NCBI GenBank assembly: GCA_963789955.1
Contig: CAWBMV010000034.1
Location: 608,001 to 672,000, forward strand
Source of the DNA: an uncultured Candidatus Rokubacteria bacterium
GTDB taxonomy: Bacteria > Methylomirabilota > Methylomirabilia > Rokubacteriales > CSP1-6
Reading direction: 5' to 3'
Length of the DNA: 64,000 bases
A program made the translations under genes and the position numbers. The notes beneath the pieces are model-generated. The model saw nothing but the letters and a program-made list of their open reading frames with translations, was not told the origin of the DNA and did no database searches. Below, in pieces: positions 1 to 10,928 of the stretch; the first letter of the stretch is position 1, and every line of letters begins with the position of its first letter.

Positions 1-1009
1 CGAAGGCATCCCGAACTGGACCGTTCACCGCTTCGGCATCGGCCGCGGCCTGCGCTGGTACGTGGCGCCGTTCGTGGTGCCGCCGGCGATCCGGCGCGTG
101 AAGGAGCGCGTCGGCTTCGACCTGCTGCGCGTCCACTCGCTCCGGTACATCGGACCGGGCGCGCTGCTGGCGCGGCGCCGGTTTCGCCTCGACGTGCCCG
201 TGGTGGCGCACCATCACCATCTCGACCCGAGCCCGCTCAATCCTCTGATCGAGAAGCGCGTGATCGACGCGGTGGACACGGTCGTCGTCGGCAGCGAGTT
301 TTCGCGCCGGCAGCTTCGAGAGGCACTCGGCGCGCGGACCGACCACGTCGCGGTCGTGCCGTACGGCGTCGACCCGAGGTTCGCGCCGCGACCGTCGCGG
401 TTGGATCTCGTCGAGCGCTGGGGGCTGCGCGGGCGCCAGGTCGTCCTGTTCTTCGGCGGGCTCAAGCCGCGCAAGAATCTCGAGACCTTGCTCGACGTGT
501 GGACCGCCGTGGCCCCGGCGCACCGGAACGCGCGGCTCCTGGTGGCCGGCGGCGGCGTGCTGCTCGACGAGCTCCGGCGTCGCACCGAAAGGCTCGAGCT
601 CGCGGGATCGGTCGTGTTCACGGGCTACGTGCCCGAGGCGGACAAGGCGGACTACTTCAATCTGGCCGACGTGTTCTTCTTCCCGTCGGCGATGGAAGGC
701 TTCGGACTGGCCGTCGGTGAGGCGATGTCCTCCGGTCTTCCCGTCGTCGCGTCGAACCGCGGCTCGATTCCGGAGCTGGTCGTCGACGGCGAGGGGGGCT
801 TCGTCTCCGATCCGACCGACCCGGCACGCTTCGCCGAACGGCTGCGCCTGTTGCTCGACGACGCGGCCCTCCGGCGCAAGCTCGGCCAGGCCAACGCGGC
901 CCGCATCGAGGAGCGCTTCCGGTGGGATCGCTGCGTGGACGGCACGCGCCGCGTCTACGAAGCCACGCTCGAGGCATGGCGCCGGCGCGCCGCCGGGTCG
1001 CGCCGATGA
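1..1009 (+). CDS. Glycosyltransferase family 4 (5' truncated by window edge)
   Basis: GT-B motifs GGLKPRKN and EGFGLAVGEAMSSGLPVV; frame appears open upstream of 62. Confidence 0.9.
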   Translation, partial: EGIPNWTVHRFGIGRGLRWYVAPFVVPPAIRRVKERVGFDLLRVHSLRYIGPGALLARRRFRLDVPVVAHHHHLDPSPLNPLIEKRVIDAVDTVVVGSEFSRRQLREALGARTDHVAVVPYGVDPRFAPRPSRLDLVERWGLRGRQVVLFFGGLKPRKNLETLLDVWTAVAPAHRNARLLVAGGGVLLDELRRRTERLELAGSVVFTGYVPEADKADYFNLADVFFFPSAMEGFGLAVGEAMSSGLPVVASNRGSIPELVVDGEGGFVSDPTDPARFAERLRLLLDDAALRRKLGQANAARIEERFRWDRCVDGTRRVYEATLEAWRRRAAGSRR

Positions 1010-1797
1010 CACCCGTTGGGCGCCTCGTCGTGCGCGCGATCGACGTCGTGAACCGGCGCGGCAAGGCCGTCGGCGTGCGGCTCGTCAAGCTCACCGGCAA
1101 GCGCGGCTACGCGATCCATCCCAAGCACCTCGTCGATCATCCGTGGCACGACTGGTACCTGCCGCACCTCCGCGGCGGCGATCGCGTGCTCGACGTGGGC
1201 TGCGGCAATGGCGCACACCTCGTGCGGGCCGCGCGCCACTGCCGGACGATCGTCGGCATGGACTACGACGCAAGGCATCTTGCCGTGGGCGCGCGGATGG
1301 CGCGAGATGCCGGAGTCGCCAACGCGTCGCTCTTCGCCCAGGACATCACCGCGCCGTTGCCCTTCGCGGCACGAACCTTCGACGCCGTGCTGTTCCTCGA
1401 TGTCATCGAGCACATTCATCCCCGCGTCGCCGTGCTGCGCGAGATCTCTCGCGTGCTCCGGGAGGACGGCCGGCTGCTCGTGTCGGCGCCCAATCGCGAC
1501 ACGCGCTGGCGCCGTACGCTCCGCAACGCCGGCCTCTTCGCCTACTCCGATCCCGACCACAAGATCGAGTACACGCGCGAGGAGTTCATCGCCGAGCTCC
1601 GAGCGGGCGGCTTCGAGGTCGAGGGCGAGCTCGAGCCCGTCGTGCACGACACGCCCTGGGCCGGCGCGATCGACGCGCTCGGAGGGGTGTCGCTCGCCGC
1701 CTACGATCGGTTGAGCCGCTGGCGACGGGCGGCGGCGCTCCGGCACCCCGACGACAGCACGGGATTCCGGGTACGGGCCGTCAAGCGCCGGCGATGA
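1006..1797 (+). CDS. Class I SAM-dependent methyltransferase
   Basis: VLDVGCGNG motif I, FDAVLFLDVIEH; ATGA overlap with upstream stop. Confidence 0.88.
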   Translation: MTPVGRLVVRAIDVVNRRGKAVGVRLVKLTGKRGYAIHPKHLVDHPWHDWYLPHLRGGDRVLDVGCGNGAHLVRAARHCRTIVGMDYDARHLAVGARMARDAGVANASLFAQDITAPLPFAARTFDAVLFLDVIEHIHPRVAVLREISRVLREDGRLLVSAPNRDTRWRRTLRNAGLFAYSDPDHKIEYTREEFIAELRAGGFEVEGELEPVVHDTPWAGAIDALGGVSLAAYDRLSRWRRAAALRHPDDSTGFRVRAVKRRR

Positions 1798-2906
1798 TCC
1801 TCGGGCTCCTGCCGGCGATCCGCGGTGGGATCGGCGAGCTCGCGCAGACCGGACAGCATTCGCGACTCATCGACGGCTATCTGACCCCCTACGCGCGCGC
1901 CTTCGGCGACGTGCGCTACTTCAGCTATCACGACGAGTCGCTGGCGTCGTTCTCCGACGATCCCGAGCTGCTCGCGCGAATCCGTGTGTTTCCCGGGGGG
2001 CCGGGGCACCCGTGGCGCTATGCGTTCGCGATGCCGTGGCGCCACCGCGCGGCGATGCGCGAGTGCTCGGTGCTCCGCGTCTTCCAGGTCACCGGCGTGA
2101 TTCCGGCGCTCATCGCGCGGCGCCGTTGGGAGACTCCTTTTGTGACGACGTACGGGTTCCACTACGAGCGTCTGGCCCGCTCGCGATCGAGCGCGCTGCT
2201 ACGCAGGATCGTGGCCCGTCTCGGAGTGCGCGCAGCATCCGCCGTGATCGTCCCGACCGCCGAGCTGCGCGACGTCGTGGCCGCACTGGGTGGCGCCGCC
2301 AAGGTGCACCTGGTGCCGAACGGCGTCGATACCCGGCGCTTCAATCCCGGCGCCGGCCGGGCCAACACGCGGCCAACCGTGCTCTACGTCGGGCGGCTTT
2401 CGGCGGAGAAGGACCTCGGCACGTTGCTGGAAGCGACCGGAAAGCTGATGGCGCGATTCGATCTCGCGGTCGCCATGGTCGGCGAGGGGCCGGAGCGTGC
2501 TTCGCTCGAGGTGAGAGCCAAGGCGCTGGGTGTGCCGCTCACGTTCATGCCTTTCGTGGATCATCGCGAGCTGCCGCGTCTCTACGCGAGCGCGCGGGTG
2601 TTCGTGCTCCCGTCGCTGACGGAAGGCCATCCCAAGGTGCTGCTCGAAGCGATGAGCTGCGGCGTGCCGTGCATCGCTTCGAATGTCGGGGGCAACCGTG
2701 CGATTCTCGTCGATGGTGAGACCGGGCTCCTGTTCGAGCCGGGCGACGTCGGCGGGCTCGCGGCCGGCCTCGAGCAGGCGCTGGCCCAGCCCGACCTGGC
2801 GCGCCGGCTGAGCGCGGCGGCGCGCGAGGCGGTCGTCGAGCGTTACGATCTCGCGCGGCTGGTGACCGGCGAGATCGAGCTACTTCGGCGCGTGGCGCGA
2901 CCGTGA
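1794..2906 (+). CDS. Glycosyltransferase family 4
   Basis: VPNGVD, YVGRLSAEK, EGHPKVLLEAMSCGVP motifs; ATGA overlap. Confidence 0.9.
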   Translation: MILGLLPAIRGGIGELAQTGQHSRLIDGYLTPYARAFGDVRYFSYHDESLASFSDDPELLARIRVFPGGPGHPWRYAFAMPWRHRAAMRECSVLRVFQVTGVIPALIARRRWETPFVTTYGFHYERLARSRSSALLRRIVARLGVRAASAVIVPTAELRDVVAALGGAAKVHLVPNGVDTRRFNPGAGRANTRPTVLYVGRLSAEKDLGTLLEATGKLMARFDLAVAMVGEGPERASLEVRAKALGVPLTFMPFVDHRELPRLYASARVFVLPSLTEGHPKVLLEAMSCGVPCIASNVGGNRAILVDGETGLLFEPGDVGGLAAGLEQALAQPDLARRLSAAAREAVVERYDLARLVTGEIELLRRVARP

Positions 2907-2922
2907 AGGAGCGCTGACCCCG

Positions 2923-3750
2923 GTGCTGACCGAGTACAGGCCGTCGGCCGGGCGCGAGTTCTGGTCCGAGCACTGGGGACATCACCCTGTCGAGGAGCTG
3001 CTGGCGATCGCCCGTCGCTCGCCGTTGACGACGCTCATCACGCGGGCGCTGCCGAAGGGCGGGGTGATCCTCGAGGCCGGCTGCGGAACCGGCCAGTACG
3101 TCTTGCTCCTGCGCGAACGGGGCTGGCGAGTCGCCGGCGCCGACTGGGTCGTCGAGCCGCTGGTCGCCTGTCGTCGCGTGGCTCCGGCCCCGCTGGCGGC
3201 GATGAAGCTCGAGGAGCTTGCGGTGCGCGACGGGGCCCTGGCCGGTTACATCTCGCTCGGCGCAGTCGAGCACGACGAGCGAGGCCCCGACGCGATCCTG
3301 GCCGAAGCGCGGCGCGCGCTCGCGCCCGGAGGGACACTCGTCCTCTCGGTGCCGTACGTGAACGGCGTCCGGCGCCTGGCTTCGCCCTGGCTCCGACGGC
3401 GGAACCGCGCCGTCAAGGATCACGGTGGAAAGTTCTATCAGTTCGTGTTCACGCGAAGCGAGCTCTGGGCTGCGCTGGCCCGTCACGGCTTCAGCCCGAC
3501 GTCGTCAGCCCCTTACGACCCCGCGCGACTCCTGCGCAAGGCGATTCCCGGCGGGCTGGCGCGGCGCCTGACAACGGCCCCATCCTCCGGATCGGGGCGG
3601 GCGGGCGGGGGCGCGGAGCGCGCGGAGGCCCGACCGACGAGCGCGCGTCCGCCGGCGCGGGCCGTCGGTTTTGCGCGGCATCTGCTGTACACGGAGCCGG
3701 CGCTTCGGTTGCTCGGCCACATGTTGCTCGTGGTCGCACGGAAAGTGTGA
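2923..3750 (+). CDS. Class I SAM-dependent methyltransferase
   Basis: ILEAGCGTG motif I, LAPGGTLVLSVP; GGAG SD upstream. Confidence 0.85.
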   Translation: MLTEYRPSAGREFWSEHWGHHPVEELLAIARRSPLTTLITRALPKGGVILEAGCGTGQYVLLLRERGWRVAGADWVVEPLVACRRVAPAPLAAMKLEELAVRDGALAGYISLGAVEHDERGPDAILAEARRALAPGGTLVLSVPYVNGVRRLASPWLRRRNRAVKDHGGKFYQFVFTRSELWAALARHGFSPTSSAPYDPARLLRKAIPGGLARRLTTAPSSGSGRAGGGAERAEARPTSARPPARAVGFARHLLYTEPALRLLGHMLLVVARKV

Positions 3751-3755
3751 GGTCG

Positions 3756-4712
3756 ATGGCCGGTCTGAAATACAGCATCGAGGACCTCGGCGACCAGCGC
3801 GTCCTCACCATGAACGGCAGAACCTACCCGCCGACCCGATACAGCAAGCGCGTGATCGAGATGCTCATCGAGCGCAAGGGGGATCGGGCACCGCTCTACT
3901 TCCCGTTCAAGGAGCAGCGCGCACCCCTCTACCTCGATCCGCTCTTTCGCTGGCTCGGTGCGCGCGGGGCCCGCGATCTGGCCGTGCTCGAGATTGGGTG
4001 TTCCTTCGGCCACATGACGGAGTACCTCGCCGAGCAACCGGAGGTGGCGACGATCGATACGTTCGACTCGGATCGTGCCTTTATCGAAATCGTCAGCGCC
4101 AAGCGCGAGGAGATGCCGCTCGACAAGGTCCGCGCAGCTCTGTTCCTGTCCAACGACGAGACGCGACGACTCCCGTGGCCCGATCGAGCATTCGACCTCG
4201 TCTTGGCGATCGGCGTCGTCGAGCATCTGCCCTGGCATCGGCGGACCGAGCACGTGAACGAGTACTATCGGGTGCTGGCCCCCGGCGGGCATATCGCCAT
4301 CCTGGACACACCGAACCGATTGTTTCCGATCGAGACGCATTCGATCGGGCTACCGTTGGTGCAGTGGCTGCCGCCTCGCGTGGCACACTGCTACACCCGC
4401 CACTTCTCACGTCGCGCGCAACTCCGAGACATCTCCTACGACGTTTTTGTCGGGGACGGTACGGGTTGGCGCAACGCGACCGTGGCGCAATGTCTGCCCT
4501 CGTCCGGATGGCGCGGCCTCACGGACGTGAGCGAGCAGGCCGGATACGGCTGGCAGTTCTACCGCGACACGGCACGTTCGCGCAAACGCCGCGCGCTCTT
4601 GCCGTGCTTCCGCGCGTGCGCGGCCGTGCTGCGCGGTGTCGGGCTGCCGCCGTCGCTCTGCCTGCCCTATCTGAACCTGCTCCTGCGCAAGGACGCGGTG
4701 CCGAGTCCGTGA
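3756..4712 (+). CDS. Class I SAM-dependent methyltransferase
   Basis: VLEIGCSFG, FDLVLAIGVVEH, RVLAPGG motifs. Confidence 0.85.
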   Translation: MAGLKYSIEDLGDQRVLTMNGRTYPPTRYSKRVIEMLIERKGDRAPLYFPFKEQRAPLYLDPLFRWLGARGARDLAVLEIGCSFGHMTEYLAEQPEVATIDTFDSDRAFIEIVSAKREEMPLDKVRAALFLSNDETRRLPWPDRAFDLVLAIGVVEHLPWHRRTEHVNEYYRVLAPGGHIAILDTPNRLFPIETHSIGLPLVQWLPPRVAHCYTRHFSRRAQLRDISYDVFVGDGTGWRNATVAQCLPSSGWRGLTDVSEQAGYGWQFYRDTARSRKRRALLPCFRACAAVLRGVGLPPSLCLPYLNLLLRKDAVPSP

Positions 4713-4960
4713 AGCTGATCGAAATCGGCGGGCGCAACGACCTGGTGTACCTGATCCGGTCGCATCCGGCGAAGACGGCGCTCCTCTCGCGCGACTCGCC
4801 AGCGAAGCTCGACCGGCTCAACATATACTGGATTCCGTATTCGCGGCGGCTGATTCCTTCGCCGGCACGACGTTGTCGGGTCGAGCGAATGCTCGGGCGC
4901 CGTCCAATGGTCCGCCATGCCGGCGCCGTTCTGACCACGGAGGCGCGCCGCAGGGAATGA
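4709..4960 (+). CDS. Small hypothetical ORF (83 aa), possibly a gene remnant
   Basis: GTGA overlap at start and ATGA overlap at end exactly fill the gap between flanking genes. Confidence 0.35.
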   Translation: MKLIEIGGRNDLVYLIRSHPAKTALLSRDSPAKLDRLNIYWIPYSRRLIPSPARRCRVERMLGRRPMVRHAGAVLTTEARRRE

Positions 4961-5775
4961 AGACGCCGGCGGTGTCCGTGGTGATGGGCGTGTTCAACGG
5001 GGCGCCGTGGGTGGAGGCGGCGGTCGAGTCGGTGTGCTGGGCCAGACGGTCGACGATCTCGAACTGATCGTCATCGACGACGGCTCGACCGATGCGACGC
5101 CCGACGTGCTGACCTCGCTGCGCGATCCGCGGGTTCGCATCGAGCGCCGCGGGCGGCAGGGCCTGACGCGCGCGCTGACCCGGGCGCTGGAGCTGGCCCG
5201 CGCGCCATTGATCGCGCGGCTCGACGCCGACGACCTGGCCTTGCCCGAGCGGCTCGCGCGACAGCGACGATACCTCGATACGCACGCGAAGGTGGGGCTC
5301 CTCGGAACAGGCGCGCGCCTCGTCGACGAGGCCGGCCGCGAAGTGGCGGTCGTGCACCCCCCGCTCGACGACGCCGCGATCCGTCGTGCGCTGATCCGCG
5401 CGAACCCGTTCGTGCACTCCTCGGTGATCATGCGGCGCAGCGCGCTGGATCGGACCGGCGGGTACGATCCGTCCTTTCCGGTCGCGCAGGACTACGATCT
5501 GTGGATGCGGCTGGCGCAGGTGACCTGCCTGGCGAACCTGGACGAGCCCCTGGTGATCCGGCGGCTCGCGGCGGGCCGCATCTCGGCGGTCCGCGACGAC
5601 GATCGGCTCCGGGCGGGAGGCGAGGGTGCGGTGGCGGGCGGTGCGGAGCCGCGCCTATCCGTGGTGGTGCGCCGTCTTTGCCCTCAGGCCCTTCGCGGCC
5701 CTCGCCATCCCGGAGGCCTGGCGGCGAGCGCTTCGTGGCGCAACGCGTATGGGCGGCCCGCCGCGCGGGGTGTAG
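4957..5775 (+). CDS. Glycosyltransferase family 2 (frameshifted near 5035 and 5615)
   Basis: VSVVMGVFN, IVIDDGSTD, ARLDADD, QDYDLW motifs across frames. Confidence 0.85.
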
Positions 5776-5788
5776 TACTATGACCACG

Positions 5789-6765
5789 ATGCGAATTCTG
5801 ATCACGGGGATCACGGGTTTCGTGGGAAGCCACCTCGCCGAGTACGCGCTCGAGCGCGGCGCCGAGGTGTTCGGGTCAGTGCGCTGGCGCAGCAAGACCG
5901 AGCTCATCGAAGGGTTTCGCGACCGCGTGACCCTCATCGAGTCGGACCTGCGCGATCTCCTCTCGGTGCGGACGGTCCTCGAGCAGGCGCGGCCCGACTA
6001 CATCATCCACCTGGCGGCGCAGAGCTTCGTCCACGCCTCGTGGCAGACTCCCGTCGAGACGTTCTACACGAGACGTCGTCAGCCAGATGAACCTGCTCGA
6101 GGCGATGCGCCAGCTCGGTCGTCGGCGCGGTTCCTCGTGATCGGCTCGAGCGAGGAGTACGGCGCGGTGTCGAGCCCCACGAGCTGCCGATCACGCGAGG
6201 ACCAACCCGCTCCGGCCCCCTGTCTCGCCCTACGCCGTGAGCAAGGTGGCGCAGGACCTGATGGGCTGGCAGTACTTCAAGAGCTACGGGATGCACGTGG
6301 TCCGGGCGCGCGCCTTCAACCACACCGGGCCCCGGCGCGGCGACGCCTTCGCCGAGTCGAACTTCGCCAAGCAGATCGCCGAGATGGAGGCGGGCCTCCG
6401 CGAGCCGGTCGTGCACGTGGGCGACCTGAAGCCCACGCGCGACTTCTCCGACGTGCGCGACATCGTGCGCGGCTACTGGCTCTTGCTCGAGCGCGGGACG
6501 CCGGGCGAGGTCTACAACCTGTGCTCCGGCCTCGAGTGGTCGATCGAGCGCCTCCTGAATTTCCTGATCGACAAGTCGACCGTGTCGCACCATCGAGATT
6601 CGTCAGGATCCGGCGCGGCTGCGCCCCTCCGACGTACCGGTCCTGCGCGGCTCACGGCAGAAGGTCGAGAACGCGCTCGGCTGGCGCACGACGATCCCGC
6701 TCGAGCAGACGCTCACGGATCTGCTCGAGTACTGGCGTCGCCGGATCGGGTCACGCCCGCGCTAG
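5789..6765 (+). CDS. GDP-sugar SDR, GDP-4-keto-6-deoxy-D-mannose reductase (Rmd)/GMD-like (several frameshifts)
   Basis: ILITGITGFVG, HLAAQSFV, GSSEEYG, YAVSK, RAFNHTGP, RDFSDVRDIV. Confidence 0.8.
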
Positions 6766-6776
6766 CGGGAGCAGCC

Positions 6777-7913
6777 TTGGTTCCGGGCGCCCGGGTCGCC
6801 CTCGTCCACGACTGGCTGACCGGGATGCGAGGCGGCGAGCGCTGCCTCGAGGTCTTCTGCGAGCTCTTCCCCGACGCGCCCCTCTTCACGCTCCTGCACG
6901 TCCCGGGCAGCGTCACGCCCACGATCGAGCGCCGGCGCATCGTGACCTCGTTCGTCCAGCGCCTGCCGCAGGCCGCCGCGCGGTATCGCTACTACTTCCC
7001 GGTGTTTCCGCTCGCGATCGGCCGGTTCGATCTGTCCGAGTACGACCTCGTCGTGTCGATGAGCCACTGCGTCGCCAAGGGGGTGCGGGTGTCGCCCCAC
7101 GCGCTGCATCTGTGCTATTGCTTTTCTCCGATGCGCTATGTCTGGGACCTCTCGAGCGACTACTTCGGACCGGGCCGGTCTGGCCGCTCGCACGCTCGGG
7201 CCGCCGCTGGCGGCGGCGCTCAGGCGCTGGGACCGGAAGACGGCCGGCGTGCGACCGATTCGTGGCGATCTCGCGGCACATCGCCGACCGGATCCGGCGC
7301 GTATACGAGCGTCCGGCGGACGTGATCTATCCGCCGGTCGACGTGTCGCGCTTCGAGATCGCGGAGGCCGCCGACGACTACTATCTGGTCGTGAGCGCGC
7401 TCGTGCCGTACAAGCGCATCGACCTCGCGGTCGGCGCGGCCAATCGACTCGGCCGACGCCTGCTCGTCGTCGGCACGGGTCCTGAGGACGCGCGACTGCG
7501 CGCGCTCGCCGGGCCGACGGTCAGCTTTCTCGGGTGGCGATCCGACGCCGAGATCGCTCGGCTCTACGCGCGCTGCCGCGCCCTCATCTTTCCGGCGGTC
7601 GAGGACTTCGGCATCACGCCGCTCGAGGCCGCCGCCGCCGGGCGCCCGACGATCGCCCTGGCGCGCGGCGGCGCGCTCGAGACGATGGTGGGGCTCGACG
7701 CGGCCGAGACGCCCACCGCGGTGTTCTTCGAGGCGCAGACGGTCGACGCGCTGGTCGAGGCGATGGCGCGCTTCGAGCGGACCGCCGCGCGGTTCGACGC
7801 GCAAGGCGCTCCGCGCGCGCGCCGAATCGTTCGACCGGCCGGTCTTCAAGCGGAAGCTCGGCGAGTACATCACGGCGCGCTGGAACGAGCGCGGCGCGAG
7901 GCCGGCGTGCTGA
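6777..7913 (+). CDS. Glycosyltransferase family 4 (frameshifted)
   Basis: VALVHDWLTGMRGGE, SALVPYKRID, EDFGITPLEA. Confidence 0.85.
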
Positions 7914-9296
7914 AGGCGCACTCGCGGCTCGTCGAGAACCTGGCACTCGCCGGCGATCTCTTCCTGATCGCCGTGTGCTGGATGTCCGCCTACGCGATCC
8001 GCTTCCACCTGATGCACGTGACGGACGTGCCCCCCTTCCGCGACTACGCGCTCCAGCTGGTCCCGATCATGATCGTGTGGGGCATCGCGTTCCGCACGTT
8101 CGATCTGTATCGGCCCGAATCGTCTCGGCTCCCGCGTCTCGGAGTGGTTCGACGTCGCCAAGGCCTCGACCCTCGGCGCGCTGATTCTCGTCTCGATCAT
8201 GACGTTCGTGTTTCGCGGGTACGAGTACTCGCGACTCGTCATCCTGCTGTTCCTGCTCCAGTCGATCGTCGCGGTCAGCCTCGCCCGCGCGGCGCTACGC
8301 GAAGGGCTGCGGTTCGCCCGCCGTCACGGCTACAACCTTCGCTACGCGATCGTGGTGGGCGGCGGGGAGCCGGCCGCCGAGGTGCTGCGCGTCCTCAACC
8401 GGCGCCGGGACGTCGGCATCTTCGTCCTGGGCCTCCTGAGCGACAAGCGCGAGGTTCCGGAGAACGTGCGGTGGCTCGGCGGCATCGAGGACGTCCGCGC
8501 GGTGCTCGATCGCCAGCAGGTCGACATCGTGTTCATCGCGCTCCCGCACGCCGACGCCTCGCGGCTCACCGCCGTGCTGAGCGGCATCGGCGACGATCCG
8601 ATCGCGATCCACCTGGTGCCGGACGTGTTCAGTCTGGTGCCGGCTCGCGGCGGGGTCGAAGAGTTCGAGATGATCCCGTTCATCCACCTGCGCGAATCGC
8701 GGCTCTACGGCTGGAACCGCGTCCTCAAGCGCGCGTTCGACCTGGTCTTCGGCGCGCTGGCGCTGGCGGTCGCCGCGCCGGTGATGCTGGCGACCGTGGT
8801 GGCGCTCAAGCTCACGTCGCCCGGGCCCGTCCTCTATCGCCAGGAACGCATGGGCGTCGACGGCCGGCGCTTCCGGATGCTGAAGTTTCGCACGATGCGG
8901 ATCGACGCCGAGGCCGAGACCGGACCGGTGTGGACGCGCGCCGACGATCCCCGCCGCACGACGGTCGGCGTGTTCCTGCGACGGACCAGCCTCGACGAGC
9001 TGCCGCAGCTCATCAACGTGCTGCGCGGCGAGATGAGCCTGGTCGGCCCGCGGCCGGAGCGCCCGAGCTTCGTCGAGGAGTTCCGGCGCCGCGTGCCGGG
9101 CTACATGCTCCGCCACAAGGTGAAGGCCGGGATCACCGGCTGGGCGCAGATCAACGGCTGGCGGGGGAACACGTCGATCGAGAAGCGGATCGAGTACGAC
9201 CTCTACTACATCGAGCGCTGGAGTCTCGGCTTCGATCTGAAGATCCTGCTGCAGACCCTCTGGTACGGCTTCCGCATCAACCGCAACGCGCATTGA
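7907..9296 (+). CDS. Undecaprenyl-phosphate glucose phosphotransferase (WcaJ-like priming glycosyltransferase; frameshift near 8115)
   Basis: KRAFD, KFRTM, SLDELPQLINVLRGEMSLVGPRPE, GITGWAQING; N-terminal TM helices. Confidence 0.92.
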
Positions 9297-10510
9297 CCGC
9301 CCTGCTCGCCTGGCTGCTCGGGGCGCTGACGGTCGGCCTCGCCGCGTCGATCACGCTCTCGGAATCCATGCTCGTCGTGCTCGCGGTCGTCCTCATCTTC
9401 GGCCCGCGCGGCGCGCGCCCACGGGCCGGCTGGCCGCTGCTCGGGCCGGTGGTCGCGTTCGCGCTGTGGACGCTCGTCGCCGCGCTCGCCTCCGCGCGCC
9501 CGTGGGAGAGCGTGCTCGCCTCGCGGGGGCTTCTCACGCTCGGCGCCTTCTACGTCGTGCTGAACGCGCTGCCCGACGCGCGCGCGGCCGGACGCTTCGC
9601 GAGCGGTCTCCTGATCGCCGTCGCGATCGTGGCGCTCCTGTCGATGGTGCAGGTGGGCTTCTGTCCGCCCGAGGGCACGGTCGACTCGAGCCACGCCGCG
9701 GTTCGGCTGCTGATGCGCAAGTGCGCGCGCGCCCGCGGGTTCTTCTCGATCTACATGACGCTCGCCGGCGTGCTCACGCTCGTGCTGGTCAGCGCGCTCC
9801 CGCGCGTCGCGCTGGGCGGCCGGCGGTCGGCCTGGACCGTACCGGCGTGGCTGGCCGGGCTCCTGGCACTCGGCCTGACGGAGGTGCGCGGCGCGTGGCT
9901 CGGCTTCGCCGCCGGCTGCGCGGCGGGCACGCTCGGCCTCCGCCGTCGCTGGCTCGTGCTGGCCGCGCTGGTGCTCGTGCTCGCCGGCGCGCTCGCCGTC
10001 GAGCCGCGCTTGCTCGAGCGCGTGAAGACCGTGGGGAGCCTCGCCGACGACACCACCCGGGACCGGCTCGCGATGCTCGACGCCGGACTCGGTCTCGCGA
10101 TCGCGCACCCGCTGAGCGGGATCGGGCCCGGTCAGGTCAAGAACGTCTACCCGACGGTCGCCTCCCCGGAGGCGCTTCGCCGCTCGACCAGCCACCTGCA
10201 CAACACGCCGCTGCAGATCGTCGTGGAGCGCGGGTTACCCGGGCTGGCGGCGTGGATCGCGATCTGGGTAGGATACTTCGGCGCGGCCTGGCGGGTGTTC
10301 AGGCGTGTTCCGCCGGCGAACGAAGAGGCCCGAGCGCTGGTGCTGGGCTCGATCGCCGCGATCGCGGCGTTTCTCGTCGCCGGACTCTTCGAATACAACT
10401 TCGGCGACACGGAGGTGCTGCTGGTGGCTCTCGCGCTGATGGCGCTCCCGTTCGTCGTGGAGCGCGAGCTCACGCTCGAGGCGGCGGACTCGGCTCAGCT
10501 CCGCGAGTGA
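9293..10510 (+). CDS. O-antigen ligase/polymerase family membrane protein
   Basis: Multi-TM; RGAWLG, PLSGIGPG, HLHNTPLQIVVERG motifs. Confidence 0.88.
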   Translation: MTALLAWLLGALTVGLAASITLSESMLVVLAVVLIFGPRGARPRAGWPLLGPVVAFALWTLVAALASARPWESVLASRGLLTLGAFYVVLNALPDARAAGRFASGLLIAVAIVALLSMVQVGFCPPEGTVDSSHAAVRLLMRKCARARGFFSIYMTLAGVLTLVLVSALPRVALGGRRSAWTVPAWLAGLLALGLTEVRGAWLGFAAGCAAGTLGLRRRWLVLAALVLVLAGALAVEPRLLERVKTVGSLADDTTRDRLAMLDAGLGLAIAHPLSGIGPGQVKNVYPTVASPEALRRSTSHLHNTPLQIVVERGLPGLAAWIAIWVGYFGAAWRVFRRVPPANEEARALVLGSIAAIAAFLVAGLFEYNFGDTEVLLVALALMALPFVVERELTLEAADSAQLRE

Positions 10511-10851
10511 CGGGCGCGATCGTAGCGGCCGAGGACCTGGCCGAGCGTCTCGGCCTGGATCAGACCCTGGGACTTCATGTCCTGGAAGACGTCGCCCCAC
10601 TTGTGCCCGCTCCGGCGCTCCTGCGCGATCTGCTCGAGCGTCATCGGCGTGGCGCCGCCGGTCGTCGTGGTCTGCGCCTCGAAGAGCGCGGTCGCGACCC
10701 GCTTGTTGCCGGGCGACAGAGACTCGAACGCGCCCGGCGAAGGAACCGACGCAAGCTCGGGCTGCGCCGCTGATTTCGACTGGGCTTCGGCCGTTCCCAT
10801 CGTTGCGACGAGCATCAGGACGCCGAGAGCCGCGGCCAGCGATCGTGTCAT
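10495..10851 (-). CDS. Small secreted hypothetical protein
   Basis: Signal peptide MTRSLAAALGVLMLVATMGTAEA; GGAG SD; sigma54-like promoter upstream. Confidence 0.7.
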   Translation of the reverse strand: MTRSLAAALGVLMLVATMGTAEAQSKSAAQPELASVPSPGAFESLSPGNKRVATALFEAQTTTTGGATPMTLEQIAQERRSGHKWGDVFQDMKSQGLIQAETLGQVLGRYDRARHSRS

Positions 10852-10912
10852 GGGACGCTCCGTCTTGTCGTTCACCCTGCACATCTCTCGATCACCTCTA
10901 TGAAGTGAGAAG

Positions 10913-10928
10913 TGCACGGGCGGTGCCA
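10913..10928 (-). promoter_or_regulatory. Putative sigma54 -24/-12 promoter
   Basis: TGGCACCGCCCGTGCA matches TGGCAC-N5-TTGCA with correct GG/GC spacing (one mismatch). Confidence 0.6.

Noticed and set aside
5501..10510. 1669-aa ORF as a giant fusion protein
   Set aside because: Chimera of Rmd-like, GT4, WcaJ and ligase segments joined by stop-poor GC-rich frames and indels
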